Shown here: one piece after another, positions 45,875-59,171 of the stretch | How the letters are laid out: each line of letters opens with the position of its first letter | How positions within the stretch are numbered: the first letter of the stretch is position 1 | Virus record (IMG/VR): IMGVR_UViG_3300027804_000076 | Span: 1 to 59,171 of that record | DNA from: a virus | Taxonomy: Duplodnaviria > Caudoviricetes | Reading direction: 5' to 3' (one strand) | Length of the DNA stretch: 59,171 nt | The notes under the pieces: generated by a model | Databases searched by the model: none | Seen by the model: the letters and a program-made list of their open reading frames with translations, nothing else | Told to the model about the DNA's origin: nothing | Position numbers and translations under genes: made by a program

Positions 45875-47428
45875 TTACGGCTGACTGACCGATCCTGTTC
45901 TGGTTACTGTGTGGGTTCTATTGTCGTTATACGGATTGGTGTTGTTCATGATGTACACATTGTAGTTCTTTGGCGTTTCGCTTCTGTCGTTCACCGATGT
46001 TATGGTTGAACTCAAAACAAACGAATTCACCACATTGGCGTTTGTTTCACTATCAACTATCGTGGTTGGGGTAACAGAATCAGGGAATGCAACAATAAAC
46101 TTGTTGTTGGAACCACCGACCAATCCAGTAAATGGATTTGCTATTGCGCTACCACCGCCTCCGCTACCAAATGTTGCGGGATTTCCTGCAATGATACCAG
46201 AGGACAATCCGCGTATATCTGCGGATGTCGTTGGAACATTGGTGGTTGCTCCAAAGAAAATCATGTAGTCAAAGTTTACTGTTTCGGTAGAACTATCGGT
46301 GGTTGTTCCCAAGAAGTTTCTGTATTCGTCATTTACCCTTACTCGGAATTGCAGCCTATCAAGACTTGCTCCTGTTGCTGTTGGAGAGTAAGTAAGTCCC
46401 CGTGTAACTGTTGCAGGATTTCCTGTTATTGCTTCATTCTTTACGGTTGTCCATCCACTGCCGTAGGAATTGTTGACAAGTTCCTGAGCCTGTAGAACAT
46501 AGTTCGTCAGTGCAACATAGCCACTGATTGCTCTGCTTATTGTGAAATTAACTGTTGTGTAGGTGTTTCCCTTTTCTCTGCTGCTGTGTGTTTCGGTTCC
46601 GCTTGGCGCACCAAACGCTCCTGTTCGCAGAGATGCTGCTGTTATACCAGCAGAAAAACTGATTGTTGGCGACTGTGCGCTTTCTGGAGTCAGAGGAGTA
46701 GCGGTAAAGGATGCACTTGCGCCAAATGTATCGTGAACGGTGTATCTGTAATTGAACTGTGTGGTGGAATACCTACCAGGAGCATCAGTGTCTGTTTCGC
46801 GGTTGTAATTGTGGGTGTACGAAGAGGAGTACGCCTGATTGGTTCCTTTGGTGTCGTCCTTGAGTGTAGTTGACAGAGTTACCCATGTTCCTGTGCCGTA
46901 TCGGAATTCCAGTGTTGAACCCGCTGCACTGGCTCCAGCAGTCTGTATGGTGTAGCCAACAGTTACAGTTATTGATCCAGATGTCCGTCCAAAATGAACT
47001 GTGCCAGAAGAAGAAACGCTGCCAAGTGGAGTTATCTTCTCCTGCAAAGCGTCTTCTATGACCCACTTTACGGTCTGTCCCTGTGCAGGAATCGTTTCTC
47101 CGCGAGTGTATTTCCCGAAATACTTTCCTGTGGCTATATTAACCGAAAGATCGGACGAAAATGTAAGTGCGCCTTGAGAACCAACGCCAGCAATGAGCGC
47201 GTCCCGCACTGCCGACACCGTTGGCACGGTGGTTTCAGCCGTAGCCCCGCTCCAATAGGTTGGCTGATTGAGTATCTGTGCGCCAACCCATATGCACACT
47301 CCAGCGTTGTCTGCAATGTACAGACGGTTGGCGGTGTAGCCACTGCCCTGCACAAACGCCATCTCGCCAAAGGTAAGACCTGTGGGTAGATTGCTGCTTG
47401 TGGTGCGCTTGATGCGAATGATTGCCAT
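45875..47428 (-). CDS. Tail fibre/structural protein
   Basis: IRIKR..LPTGLTFGEMA N-domain. Confidence 0.75.
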   Translation of the reverse strand: MAIIRIKRTTSSNLPTGLTFGEMAFVQGSGYTANRLYIADNAGVCIWVGAQILNQPTYWSGATAETTVPTVSAVRDALIAGVGSQGALTFSSDLSVNIATGKYFGKYTRGETIPAQGQTVKWVIEDALQEKITPLGSVSSSGTVHFGRTSGSITVTVGYTIQTAGASAAGSTLEFRYGTGTWVTLSTTLKDDTKGTNQAYSSSYTHNYNRETDTDAPGRYSTTQFNYRYTVHDTFGASASFTATPLTPESAQSPTISFSAGITAASLRTGAFGAPSGTETHSSREKGNTYTTVNFTISRAISGYVALTNYVLQAQELVNNSYGSGWTTVKNEAITGNPATVTRGLTYSPTATGASLDRLQFRVRVNDEYRNFLGTTTDSSTETVNFDYMIFFGATTNVPTTSADIRGLSSGIIAGNPATFGSGGGGSAIANPFTGLVGGSNNKFIVAFPDSVTPTTIVDSETNANVVNSFVLSSTITSVNDRSETPKNYNVYIMNNTNPYNDNRTHTVTRTGSVSQP

Positions 47429-47841
47429 TTAGAATTCTCCCCCGTCCAAATCTACATCGGTAATCGGTTCCACCTCGGCGTTCGCCGTGTACCCGCTGAA
47501 TCCTGTCTTGGAAACAATTATGCCGTCCACAACGAGTTTGCCTGCTATATTTAGGTTTCCCGACAGGCTGACACCGTTTGCGCCGCCGCTGAAGGTTCCA
47601 CCGTTGGAAACATTCAAATAATCCGTGGTGAGGCTGTTCCCGATCACCACATCACTGGGTAGTCCAATGGTGTAGTTGCCCCCTGCCTCCGACACTTCCA
47701 CTTCGTTTGGAGTGCCTGCTATTGCTCCTGCGGAGGTGGTAAACGAATAACTCTCCCACCCCTCACCGTTCCAACGCCACGACTTTCCCGAGAAGGTGTA
47801 TATTTGATTGGGTGACGGAGATGGGGGAAAATCAAGTGGCA

Positions 47842-47842
<1 letters not shown>
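47429..47842 (-). CDS. Virion structural protein
   Basis: MPLDFPPSP...W.WNG..W; ends DGGEF. Confidence 0.75.
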
Positions 47843-51453
<3,611 letters not shown>

Positions 51454-51457
<4 letters not shown>

Positions 51458-52446
51458 CGCACTCTCCATTGTGAAAACCGCGCCAAGGCGGTGAGTCCGC
51501 TGCAAGCGCATTCGTCAATGATGCGCTGTATCTCCTGCGGTGAACGCCCCGCAAGCACCATGTCGTTGATGTCTTTTTCGCCTACGCTGTCAGCCCACAC
51601 GCATACGGTGTATCCACCACGAATGGCTTCTTCCACCTTCTTGACAATCTCCGTGTTGCGAGGCTCGTTGTCGTAAACAACAACGCAATCACTGAAAAGC
51701 CGAGTAGCGTGGGCGAGTTCGCTGCCAGCAAGAGCAACAGCGTTGTCAAGAAACACAGAGTCGATTGGACCTTCAACTGCATAAATCCTCTTGGAGTAGT
51801 CCAACCGATCTTCACCGTAGATTGCTCTACCGTCCTTGCCAAACTTGACGGTAATGTATCGGATGGCGTTTTTGGAACCGCTCAAGCAGCGTCCTTGCGC
51901 TGCGACCAGTTCACCCTGTTTGTTCACGAATGGGATGACGATACGCTCGTCATTCGGAAGTGTGGTATATGTATCGTCAACGGACCGCACCCAATCACCA
52001 AACGCATTTGAAAAATAGAAACGGTCAAGGTGGGGAACACGGCGCGACTCCAAATACATCCGCGCAGGATGCTCTGGCGGCAGGGCATCCACCCGTGGCA
52101 ACCGCAACTGCGCCCGTGGCAGGGCAATTTGCGGCTCTTCAGGCTTTACATAGTTGCTCTTGCCGTTCTCGCCGTTACGCCACCGCTCAAGCGCGTACTC
52201 TTGTGCGAGTGCAGGAGCCACGGACTGCAAGAATCGGTACACAGAGTGACCAATACCGCAGTTATGGCACTTGAAGAAATAATCGTTCTTCTTGGGAAAG
52301 AAAAACCCACGCGCCTTGCTCTTGTTCTTCTGTGAGTCACCGCAGATGGGGCAACGGCAGTTTGCAAGGCTCTGCGTCTTCCACTTGAACCGCTCAAGTT
52401 GAGCAGACACAAGGTTGATGTATTTCTTGTCGATGTAGGTGGACAT
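51454..52446 (-). CDS. gp61: DNA primase (T4 gp61-like)
   Basis: CPICGDS..CHNC zinc finger; EGPIDS; YDNEPRN; KDINDM. Confidence 0.95.
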
Positions 52447-53441
52447 TACGGCTTGGCTTGTTCTCGCTTGTAGTCGGAATCGTACATCATCTTCGCAAGC
52501 GCGATCATATCATGCTGTGGTTCCCACTTCAAGACCCGCTTGGCTTTTTCAGGATTGCCAAGCAAATATGGAACCTCGTTTGGACGGAACAGGCGGGGAT
52601 CAATTTCCACATACTTCGTGTAATCACCCAAACCTGCGTGGTCAAATACTACTTCCAAAAATTCACGCACAGAATGGGTACGGTTGGTAGCCACCACATA
52701 GTCATCGCCCTGCGGCTGTTGCAGCATACGCCACATGGCTTCCACATAGTCACCCGCAAATCCCCAATCGCGTTTCGCATCAATGTTGCCAAGGAACAGT
52801 TTCTGCTGCTTGCCCTGTGCAATACGAGCCGCAGCCATCGTGATCTTGCGGGTCACGAATGTCTCGCCACGGCGTGGGCTTTCGTGATTAAACAGAATGC
52901 CTGAACTTGCGTGAATCTTGTACGCTTCTCGGTACACGCGAGTCATGTGGTGTGCGTGGAGTTTGGCTACTGCATACGGCGACACAGGCATCATGCGACT
53001 GGTTTCGGTGTAGCCAAGACTATCGTAATCAGTGGAGTCCCCGTACATTTCGGAAGACGAAGCCTGATAGAACTTGATTTCAGGATTTACTGCACGGATA
53101 GCCTCAAGTATCTTCAGGGTTCCGCCTGCAATGCCGTCACTGGTGTATTCAGGAACTTCAAATGAAACCGCGACATGGGACTGTGCAGCCAGATTGTACA
53201 CCTCATGGGGCTTGTACTTTACCAATAGATTGGTGATGGCTCCTGCGTCTGATAGATCGTAGTAGCACATCTTGAACTGCGAGTTTGAAAGTGAATCATT
53301 GTAGATGTGGTCTACGCGCTCGGTGTTGATGAGCGATGTGCGCCGCTTCAATCCAATCACATAGTAGCCCTTGGAGATCAGGAGGTCTGCAAGGTAGGAG
53401 CCGTCTTGTCCGTTCACGCCAGTAATGATTGCTGTCTTCAT
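52446..53441 (-). CDS. gmd: GDP-mannose 4,6-dehydratase
   Basis: TGVNGQDGSYL, LAAQSHV, YQASSSE, PYAVAK, FNHESPRRGETFVTRKI. Confidence 0.95.
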   Translation of the reverse strand: MKTAIITGVNGQDGSYLADLLISKGYYVIGLKRRTSLINTERVDHIYNDSLSNSQFKMCYYDLSDAGAITNLLVKYKPHEVYNLAAQSHVAVSFEVPEYTSDGIAGGTLKILEAIRAVNPEIKFYQASSSEMYGDSTDYDSLGYTETSRMMPVSPYAVAKLHAHHMTRVYREAYKIHASSGILFNHESPRRGETFVTRKITMAAARIAQGKQQKLFLGNIDAKRDWGFAGDYVEAMWRMLQQPQGDDYVVATNRTHSVREFLEVVFDHAGLGDYTKYVEIDPRLFRPNEVPYLLGNPEKAKRVLKWEPQHDMIALAKMMYDSDYKREQAKP

Positions 53442-54856
53442 TAGATATTCCAATCGCTTGTGTCACGCTTGGAGCCGAACTTCGCGGTGAAGTCCTTGGC
53501 TCCGTATCCCGAACCAAATCCGTCCGATTCGCCATTCTTGATGTTTGCGTCCATCAGGTCTTCGGACACGCTGCTATCTATGTCGTAGAACTTCATCTTG
53601 GCGTAGTTCAAGCCCACGATGAATTTCTTGTTTGCTGCCTTGCCGTTGTAGCGGTTCTTCAACTGCTTCACCATGATCTGCCCTGCCTTCTCCAACTCAT
53701 CGGTGGTGATGAGTGCGATCATCAGGTCTGCGGTGTGTGGCAAGCCAAATGATTCCGAAGTGTCTGTCAGGTCAACATCGGTGGACGAAAAGCCTGAACG
53801 ATTCACCTGTGTTGCGCTCACGATGGGAACATCCCGCTCCATTGCCAAGCCCCGCAACTCCTCTGCAATAGCCTTGATGTAGCCATACGAGTTGATGTTG
53901 TTGCCGTGCTTGAATCGCGCAGACGAGCAGATGTTGATGTAGTCCACGAAAATAATGTCAGGCGTGAACTGCTTCTTCAGCCGCAACTCGTCCAACAGGA
54001 TGCGGAAATGGTTTGCATTCGCAAACGAAGTGGGATACTCCTTCACAATGAGTTTCCCGCTCACGCCGCGAGTGGAGGACAGCAACCGCTTCTCGTACAT
54101 CTCAAGGGGCAAGTCCTGCAACTCGTCCATCGTGATGTCCATGATGTTTGCGTCAATGCGTTCCGCGATGCGCTCTTCAGCCATTTCAAGGGTGATGTAC
54201 AGCACATTCTTGTTCTGCATGAGACACGCAGCGGCGTGGTGGCACATGAAAAGACTCTTGCCCACGCCTGTTCCTGCCATGATGATGTTCAGGGTCTTTG
54301 GAGAGATACCGCCCTTGGTGATGGTGTTGAACATCTCCAAGTCGAACGGAACCTTCTTCTCAACCCTGTGGTAGAACTCGTAGCGATGCTCGTAGTCCTC
54401 AAGAAAGTCGTGACCCACATTGGTGTCAAACGAAACCGCGAGAGCCTTGGACAGAATCTCTGGCAGTGCGTGTGGAGTGCGCTCCTTGTCCTTGCCGTCA
54501 ATAATTTGAATGGACTGAAGAATGGCGTTGTAGATGGCTTTGTCCTTGCAGAACTTTTCCGTGGTGTCACACAACCACTGGGTGTCCTGCTTGGCGGTCT
54601 TGCTCATCTCGCCCACAAGCGTCTTGCACTTGGAGAATTCGTCCTCCGACAGACCCTTGTTGTCTTCAAGTGAAATCAGGAGGGCATCCCGTGTGGGAAT
54701 GCCCTTGTACTGATTCACAAAACTCTGTATGGAACGGAACACCGCACGATCAACCCGATCCGTGAAGTACTCCTCCTGCAAGAACGGAATGGTCTTCTTG
54801 CAGAATTCAGGGTCACTCAGCAGCCCTGATAGGATGGTTTTTTCGGTTTGGCTCAA
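53441..54856 (-). CDS. gp41: Replicative DNA helicase (T4 gp41-like)
   Basis: AGTGVGKS, LEMAEE, VDY, SESFGLP, KQLKNRY; TTG start. Confidence 0.95.
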   Translation of the reverse strand: MSQTEKTILSGLLSDPEFCKKTIPFLQEEYFTDRVDRAVFRSIQSFVNQYKGIPTRDALLISLEDNKGLSEDEFSKCKTLVGEMSKTAKQDTQWLCDTTEKFCKDKAIYNAILQSIQIIDGKDKERTPHALPEILSKALAVSFDTNVGHDFLEDYEHRYEFYHRVEKKVPFDLEMFNTITKGGISPKTLNIIMAGTGVGKSLFMCHHAAACLMQNKNVLYITLEMAEERIAERIDANIMDITMDELQDLPLEMYEKRLLSSTRGVSGKLIVKEYPTSFANANHFRILLDELRLKKQFTPDIIFVDYINICSSARFKHGNNINSYGYIKAIAEELRGLAMERDVPIVSATQVNRSGFSSTDVDLTDTSESFGLPHTADLMIALITTDELEKAGQIMVKQLKNRYNGKAANKKFIVGLNYAKMKFYDIDSSVSEDLMDANIKNGESDGFGSGYGAKDFTAKFGSKRDTSDWNI

Positions 54857-55923
54857 GTGAGTCCAATCTCCTCGTCTAGTTCAGCCAACTTATCCATTGC
54901 TGCTTGCGATTCGTCCTTGCCGTAGCAGAACTCCTTCTTTACCACAATCTCAATAGCCTTGAGAACATCTTCAGTGTAGTACTTCTCGGGGTTCTTGTTG
55001 ATCTGCGACTCAAACGCGGTCTTGCCGTCAGGCAACTGGATCTTCGTGGACACCTTGTTGAAGATGCCGTACTTGAGTGCCACATCAAGCAGACCGTAGT
55101 ACTTGTTTAGTCCTGTCTCAAAATTCAACTGGACATCCACCATCTTGTCCTGCTTGGTGAGGCGGCTCTTGTACGCCTTGCAGTGGATGATGTTGCCCAC
55201 CACCTCGTTGTCCACCTTGTCCTTCTTCTTGGACAGGTAGATGATGGTAGACGCAGCGTACTTTAGACCGCTGCCGCCGCCCATTTCCTTGGTTGGAACA
55301 TACGCACCCACCACATCGTAGGTGTGGTTCGTCATCAGCAGGGGAATCCGTGCGTGACCCAACTTGATGGTCAAGACGCGGAATGCGGCTTTCGTGACCT
55401 GTGCGCGAGTCATGTCGCGGGTGTTCTTGCCCTCTGCCGTGTCGTTCATTTCCTTTTCGGTGGACAACATTCCAAGGGAATCCAACACAATCATCATGCG
55501 GGGGCGAGTGTCCTTGTCTGCTTCAAGGTACTTGTCCACGGACAGCACACACTGGTGGCGGAACTCTTCAACGGTAGCCACAGGCAGCACAGCCACGCGG
55601 TCGGTGTCAATGCCACGATCCCGCAGCAGATCAGAAGTAATAGATTGCTCCGTGTCAAAGTACATGACCATTGCGTTGGGATCGGAATTCAGGAATTCGC
55701 GCACCACATTCAGGGCAAAGTAGGTCTTGCCCGTGGCTTGCTCACCCGCAAGGGCAATGATCTTGTTGTCGGGAATGCCGCCGTGGATTGACCCGCTCAA
55801 GAGAGCATTGAACGCATATGATCCCGTGGAGATGAATCCCTTTACATCGCTGCCTTCCAATCCATCAGAAGCCACGGTTGCGTACTTGTTTCCTGCTGCC
55901 TTTAGAATATCCTTCAGTTTCAT
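54853..55923 (-). CDS. uvsX: RecA-like recombinase
   Basis: GEQATGKT, DSLG, DMTRA, NHTY, MGGGSG. Confidence 0.93.
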   Translation of the reverse strand: MKLKDILKAAGNKYATVASDGLEGSDVKGFISTGSYAFNALLSGSIHGGIPDNKIIALAGEQATGKTYFALNVVREFLNSDPNAMVMYFDTEQSITSDLLRDRGIDTDRVAVLPVATVEEFRHQCVLSVDKYLEADKDTRPRMMIVLDSLGMLSTEKEMNDTAEGKNTRDMTRAQVTKAAFRVLTIKLGHARIPLLMTNHTYDVVGAYVPTKEMGGGSGLKYAASTIIYLSKKKDKVDNEVVGNIIHCKAYKSRLTKQDKMVDVQLNFETGLNKYYGLLDVALKYGIFNKVSTKIQLPDGKTAFESQINKNPEKYYTEDVLKAIEIVVKKEFCYGKDESQAAMDKLAELDEEIGLT

Positions 55924-56093
55924 GCTTTCTCCAATGCTTTCATCTGTGTGTCAATGAGAACCATCTCGCTCTCGTTGGATCGTATTGTATCCAAGGGGGT
56001 GAGTTTGTCAACAACCATCTGCTGCGTTTCACGGCGCAGCAGGTCTTTTCGCGCCGCGAGAAGACCCTTCAAGTATTGAATATTCAATTGCAT
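55920..56093 (-). CDS. Small helical protein (57 aa)
   Basis: MQLNIQYLKGLL...; overlaps both neighbours. Confidence 0.65.
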   Translation of the reverse strand: MQLNIQYLKGLLAARKDLLRRETQQMVVDKLTPLDTIRSNESEMVLIDTQMKALEKA

Positions 56094-56416
56094 TATTCAG
56101 TTACGAGTTTGAGTCCTGCGGGAGTAGCGGTGGGAACCACGATTCCGTTGAATGCGCTGTTGAACTCGTTTGCAAGATCCGTAACGGGATCAGCGGTGAA
56201 CATGACATAGGACGCGGGCACGGTAACCTTGCTGTCCTTGATGGAAGCCATCCACGGCACCACGGCAATGTTTGCACTGCCGCCCTTCGTGGGCACGGGT
56301 ACAACCATGCACGGATTCTTCAGGGTATACGACACAACGGTGTCGCCTTCAAAATTCTCGGTAACACCAGCAATGAGTTCTTCGCCCGTCTTCACTTTCA
56401 CGATCTTTGTAGCCAT
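56093..56416 (-). CDS. Conserved T4-like Sm-fold hypothetical protein
   Basis: KIVKVKTGEELIA..LKNP..PW. Confidence 0.8.
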   Translation of the reverse strand: MATKIVKVKTGEELIAGVTENFEGDTVVSYTLKNPCMVVPVPTKGGSANIAVVPWMASIKDSKVTVPASYVMFTADPVTDLANEFNSAFNGIVVPTATPAGLKLVTE

Positions 56417-56458
56417 GATGAATCCTTTTTGTTGGAGGTTATAGTATGTAGGTCAGGG

Positions 56459-59005
56459 TCAAGCAAACAGTGATTCCAAAGTATTCCGTTCCTCGGGACT
56501 CCACCCCACCGCATCGGTGATGGTGCGTAGAGGCTCAAGGAATGTTTTTTCAAATTGGGTGTCGTAGTCAATGTACTTCTGAAGTTCAAACTCCTTCGGC
56601 AGAGTGACAGGGAAACCAATCACGCCTTCATGGATGGGGTTGGGAGTCTTCATGTAGATGAACTTCATCTTCTCGCCCTCACCGATGAGCCGATACTTGC
56701 GGTCAAGTTTGAGCCGCTTCACGAAATGGTTGTGGAGCAGTGCAGCCTTCACAGCGATGGGCGTACCCTTCCTGTAAATGGTCAGGGGGTCTGCGTACTC
56801 CTTCATCCCGTTGACACCGCGAGGAGAAGCCACTTCCTCCACAGGCAGAGACTTGAATTCTGCTTGCGTGGTCTTTACGAAAGTCTGAAGTGTAGCCTCG
56901 TCCCGCATCAGCACCATCTCAATGGCAGTCTTCAACGACTTGCGGACATACGCAGGAGTGGACGAACGGGCAGTCTCAATGCCCATGATCTTCAGTTTGG
57001 GAGTCTTGTAGCGGACTCCTTCGGCATCCCACACCGACAGCATATACCGCTTCTTCGCAGTCCAAATGCCCTTCTCTGCAATGACTTCGCGTCCCATTGC
57101 CATCTTGTTCGCGTAGGCGTTCATGTTGGACGCGAGTTCCGCAAACTGCTTGTCAATGAACGGCTGCAACACCCGTTCGCAGAAATCGTTCAAGAAGTCC
57201 ACGCGCTTGCCTGTGTCTGTGTCCTTGCACATCCCTGCCACCTTGCCAAGACGCAGATACACAGAGTCGGTGTCGGACGCAATCACATAGTCCTCGCCGT
57301 CCGTCTTCAGTGCTTTGTTCAGGAAGCGGTTCAAGGCTTCACCGATCCATTGGATGCTCAACTGACCCGACAGGGTGATGGCTTCCGCGAGTTCCACATC
57401 AAAGAAGCGAAAGTATTGGTTGCCGATTGCACCGTATGCGGAGTTCAACTGAATCTTACGCACCAACTGAAAGTTGTGGTACTTGGAAATCTCGTATTCG
57501 ATCCGCCGCCGCTCTTCCGCAGGGGCGTTCTTGTCCAAGCCCACAAGCCGCTTCTGCGCTTCAATCATCAACCCCTTGAAGTGCTTGCGTTCTGCGTACA
57601 TCTTCTCCATGAGTTCAGGCAGGAACCCTTGGCGGTCGCGGCTGAACGCCACGCCGTTCGCAGCCACCGACACATTCGCGGTCTTGGCTTGGGTCAAGTA
57701 TTCCGCAGGGTCAATGAATGTCTTTACGGACTCGCCACGGTTGCGGCACAGCAGCGCATCGGGGGTGATGGCGTTGCGCCGCCACACAGGATTGGTGTCC
57801 TTGGTTTCGGGCGAGATGTTGTACTGCATGATGAGGTGGGGATACAGGGAGTTCAAGTCGAAACTCACCACCCAATCGTGCTTGCCCACAAGAGGATCTT
57901 TCACATACGCACCCGCGTACTGGTCGTCCTTCTTCTGATCGGTCTTCTGCGGGATCACCACGCCCTTGCTCATCAGGTGGTGGTGGATGATGGCATCCCA
58001 TGTGCGGACTTGGGAAAACACATCCTCAAAGTTTACACGGGCTGAATACGCCAGTGCCACCGCCAGTTCAAGCAGTTTGAGTTTGGCTTCAAGGCGGTCA
58101 ACAAGCCGCACATCTTGGAAGTTGTACTCCATGAACTTTTGAAAGTTCTGCGTGTAGAACTCCTGAAGTGTCTCGTACTCCGTGTACGCCAGTTTCTCCT
58201 CGCCCAACTCCACCTTTGAAATGTGGTTCAGGGAGTACGCTTCCTGCTTCACATAGGTGAAGGTCTGGTACAACTCAAAGTAGTCAAGCGTAGCCACGCC
58301 GCTGATCACATACGCGGTCTGATCCCGTCCCATGCGGTTCACCACCGTTTCGCGCAACCGCCCCCAAGGGGAGAGAGAGTTACCCCATCCGTCTTCAAGG
58401 TGGTTCATCCGCGCCACAAGGTACGGAATGTCAAAGAAGCGAATGTTCCACCCTGTCACGATGTCGGGATCAATCTGCTTCCACAGGGACACAAATCCCT
58501 CTAGAAGTTCCCGCTCATCGGTATAGGGAATGCAGGTAACTCCCTCTCCCTCAATATGAAAGTCTCCCAAGCCTAGCACATAGGTACTGCTGCCCATTGA
58601 AATCGTGATGGCAATGACTCGCTCCGTGGGAGCGGATGGCGTGGGAAAACCGCCGTCACACGATGTTTCAATGTCCAAGTTGGCTATGCGGAGGCTGCTG
58701 AAGTCGTAGTCTACTTCAGTGGGAAACTCCTTGTACAGATACTGATACACGAAATTGGTGTTGCCGTACACATCGTAGTTGGACACATCCTTGAAGCGGT
58801 CAATGAACTCTCGCGCTTCTCCGATGTCATCAAACTGCACTGGCTGCACGGGCTTGCCGTTGACGGTGGTGAACTCACCCTTGTCCTTGGACGGGATGTA
58901 CAGCGTTGGGCAGAACGGAATGCGGAGGTGCTGCCTCTGCCCGTTCTTCCATCCACGGTACAGGATGCTCTTGCCACGAATATCAACGGAAGTGTAGAAG
59001 TCCAA
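56459..59005 (-). CDS. gp43: Family B DNA polymerase (T4 gp43-like)
   Basis: DIET, FDIPY, FDLNSLYP, KIQLNSAYG, SDTDS, KKRY, C-terminal LESLF clamp motif; TTG start. Confidence 0.97.
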   Translation of the reverse strand: MDFYTSVDIRGKSILYRGWKNGQRQHLRIPFCPTLYIPSKDKGEFTTVNGKPVQPVQFDDIGEAREFIDRFKDVSNYDVYGNTNFVYQYLYKEFPTEVDYDFSSLRIANLDIETSCDGGFPTPSAPTERVIAITISMGSSTYVLGLGDFHIEGEGVTCIPYTDERELLEGFVSLWKQIDPDIVTGWNIRFFDIPYLVARMNHLEDGWGNSLSPWGRLRETVVNRMGRDQTAYVISGVATLDYFELYQTFTYVKQEAYSLNHISKVELGEEKLAYTEYETLQEFYTQNFQKFMEYNFQDVRLVDRLEAKLKLLELAVALAYSARVNFEDVFSQVRTWDAIIHHHLMSKGVVIPQKTDQKKDDQYAGAYVKDPLVGKHDWVVSFDLNSLYPHLIMQYNISPETKDTNPVWRRNAITPDALLCRNRGESVKTFIDPAEYLTQAKTANVSVAANGVAFSRDRQGFLPELMEKMYAERKHFKGLMIEAQKRLVGLDKNAPAEERRRIEYEISKYHNFQLVRKIQLNSAYGAIGNQYFRFFDVELAEAITLSGQLSIQWIGEALNRFLNKALKTDGEDYVIASDTDSVYLRLGKVAGMCKDTDTGKRVDFLNDFCERVLQPFIDKQFAELASNMNAYANKMAMGREVIAEKGIWTAKKRYMLSVWDAEGVRYKTPKLKIMGIETARSSTPAYVRKSLKTAIEMVLMRDEATLQTFVKTTQAEFKSLPVEEVASPRGVNGMKEYADPLTIYRKGTPIAVKAALLHNHFVKRLKLDRKYRLIGEGEKMKFIYMKTPNPIHEGVIGFPVTLPKEFELQKYIDYDTQFEKTFLEPLRTITDAVGWSPEERNTLESLFA

Positions 59006-59013
59006 GTGTGTCC

Positions 59014-59171
59014 TTAACGCTCAACGAGCGCAATCCAATCCTGATGAACCATGTCCTTGCCATCATGTCCTTGACCTGCGTTCTTGGTGCGATCCCACAG
59101 AACCTTGTCTCCAACCTTGATGTCTTCGGTTATCTTATCACCGATTGCGGCAACCGTAGCCCAAATGTACT
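59014..59171 (-). CDS. GroES/Cpn10-like co-chaperonin (5' end outside window)
   Basis: ATVAAIGDKITEDIKVGDKVLW...MVHQDWIALVE. Confidence 0.65.
   Translation of the reverse strand, partial: YIWATVAAIGDKITEDIKVGDKVLWDRTKNAGQGHDGKDMVHQDWIALVER

Overview
This is a 59-kb segment of a GC-rich T4-like (Tevenvirinae/cyanophage-type) myophage genome with three blocks. (1) 1-11.8 kb, minus strand: early/accessory genes. These include many small ORFs, a DUF5710 protein, tRNA-Leu(CAA), tRNA-Arg(TCT), a CobS/MoxR AAA ATPase with its CobT-like HExxH/VWA partner, and five sigma70-type promoters that sit only 6-9 nt from the ATG (leaderless or near-leaderless). (2) 12.1-36.3 kb, plus strand: late genes behind CTAAATA/CTACATA promoters. 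They include a translationally coupled array of proteins with a T4 internal-protein-like N-terminal leader (MKxFxxYLxE), putative protease-processed basic polyproteins, an exonuclease, a ligase-like/cytidylyltransferase pair, a ~2100-aa tail/receptor-binding protein, and a holin-like plus lipoprotein pair. (3) 36.3-59.2 kb, minus strand: RuvC-like resolvase, class II RNR (nrdJ), tail fibre/collagen genes, thyX, primase, gmd, helicase, uvsX, DNA polymerase B and a partial GroES-like gene. The most notable observations are the cassette-like array of putative capsid-packaged effectors; very dense G-x-T/S motifs confined to virion surface proteins, alongside a phage gmd (possible virion glycosylation); two late-promoter-driven structured small-RNA candidates; a VPSPG-type PEP-CTERM-like sorting signal suggesting a Phycisphaerales (Planctomycetota) host; a Leu tRNA lacking the long variable arm; and apparent avoidance of AGCT/GGCC/CCGG. 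All family calls come from motif recognition by eye; no searches were run.
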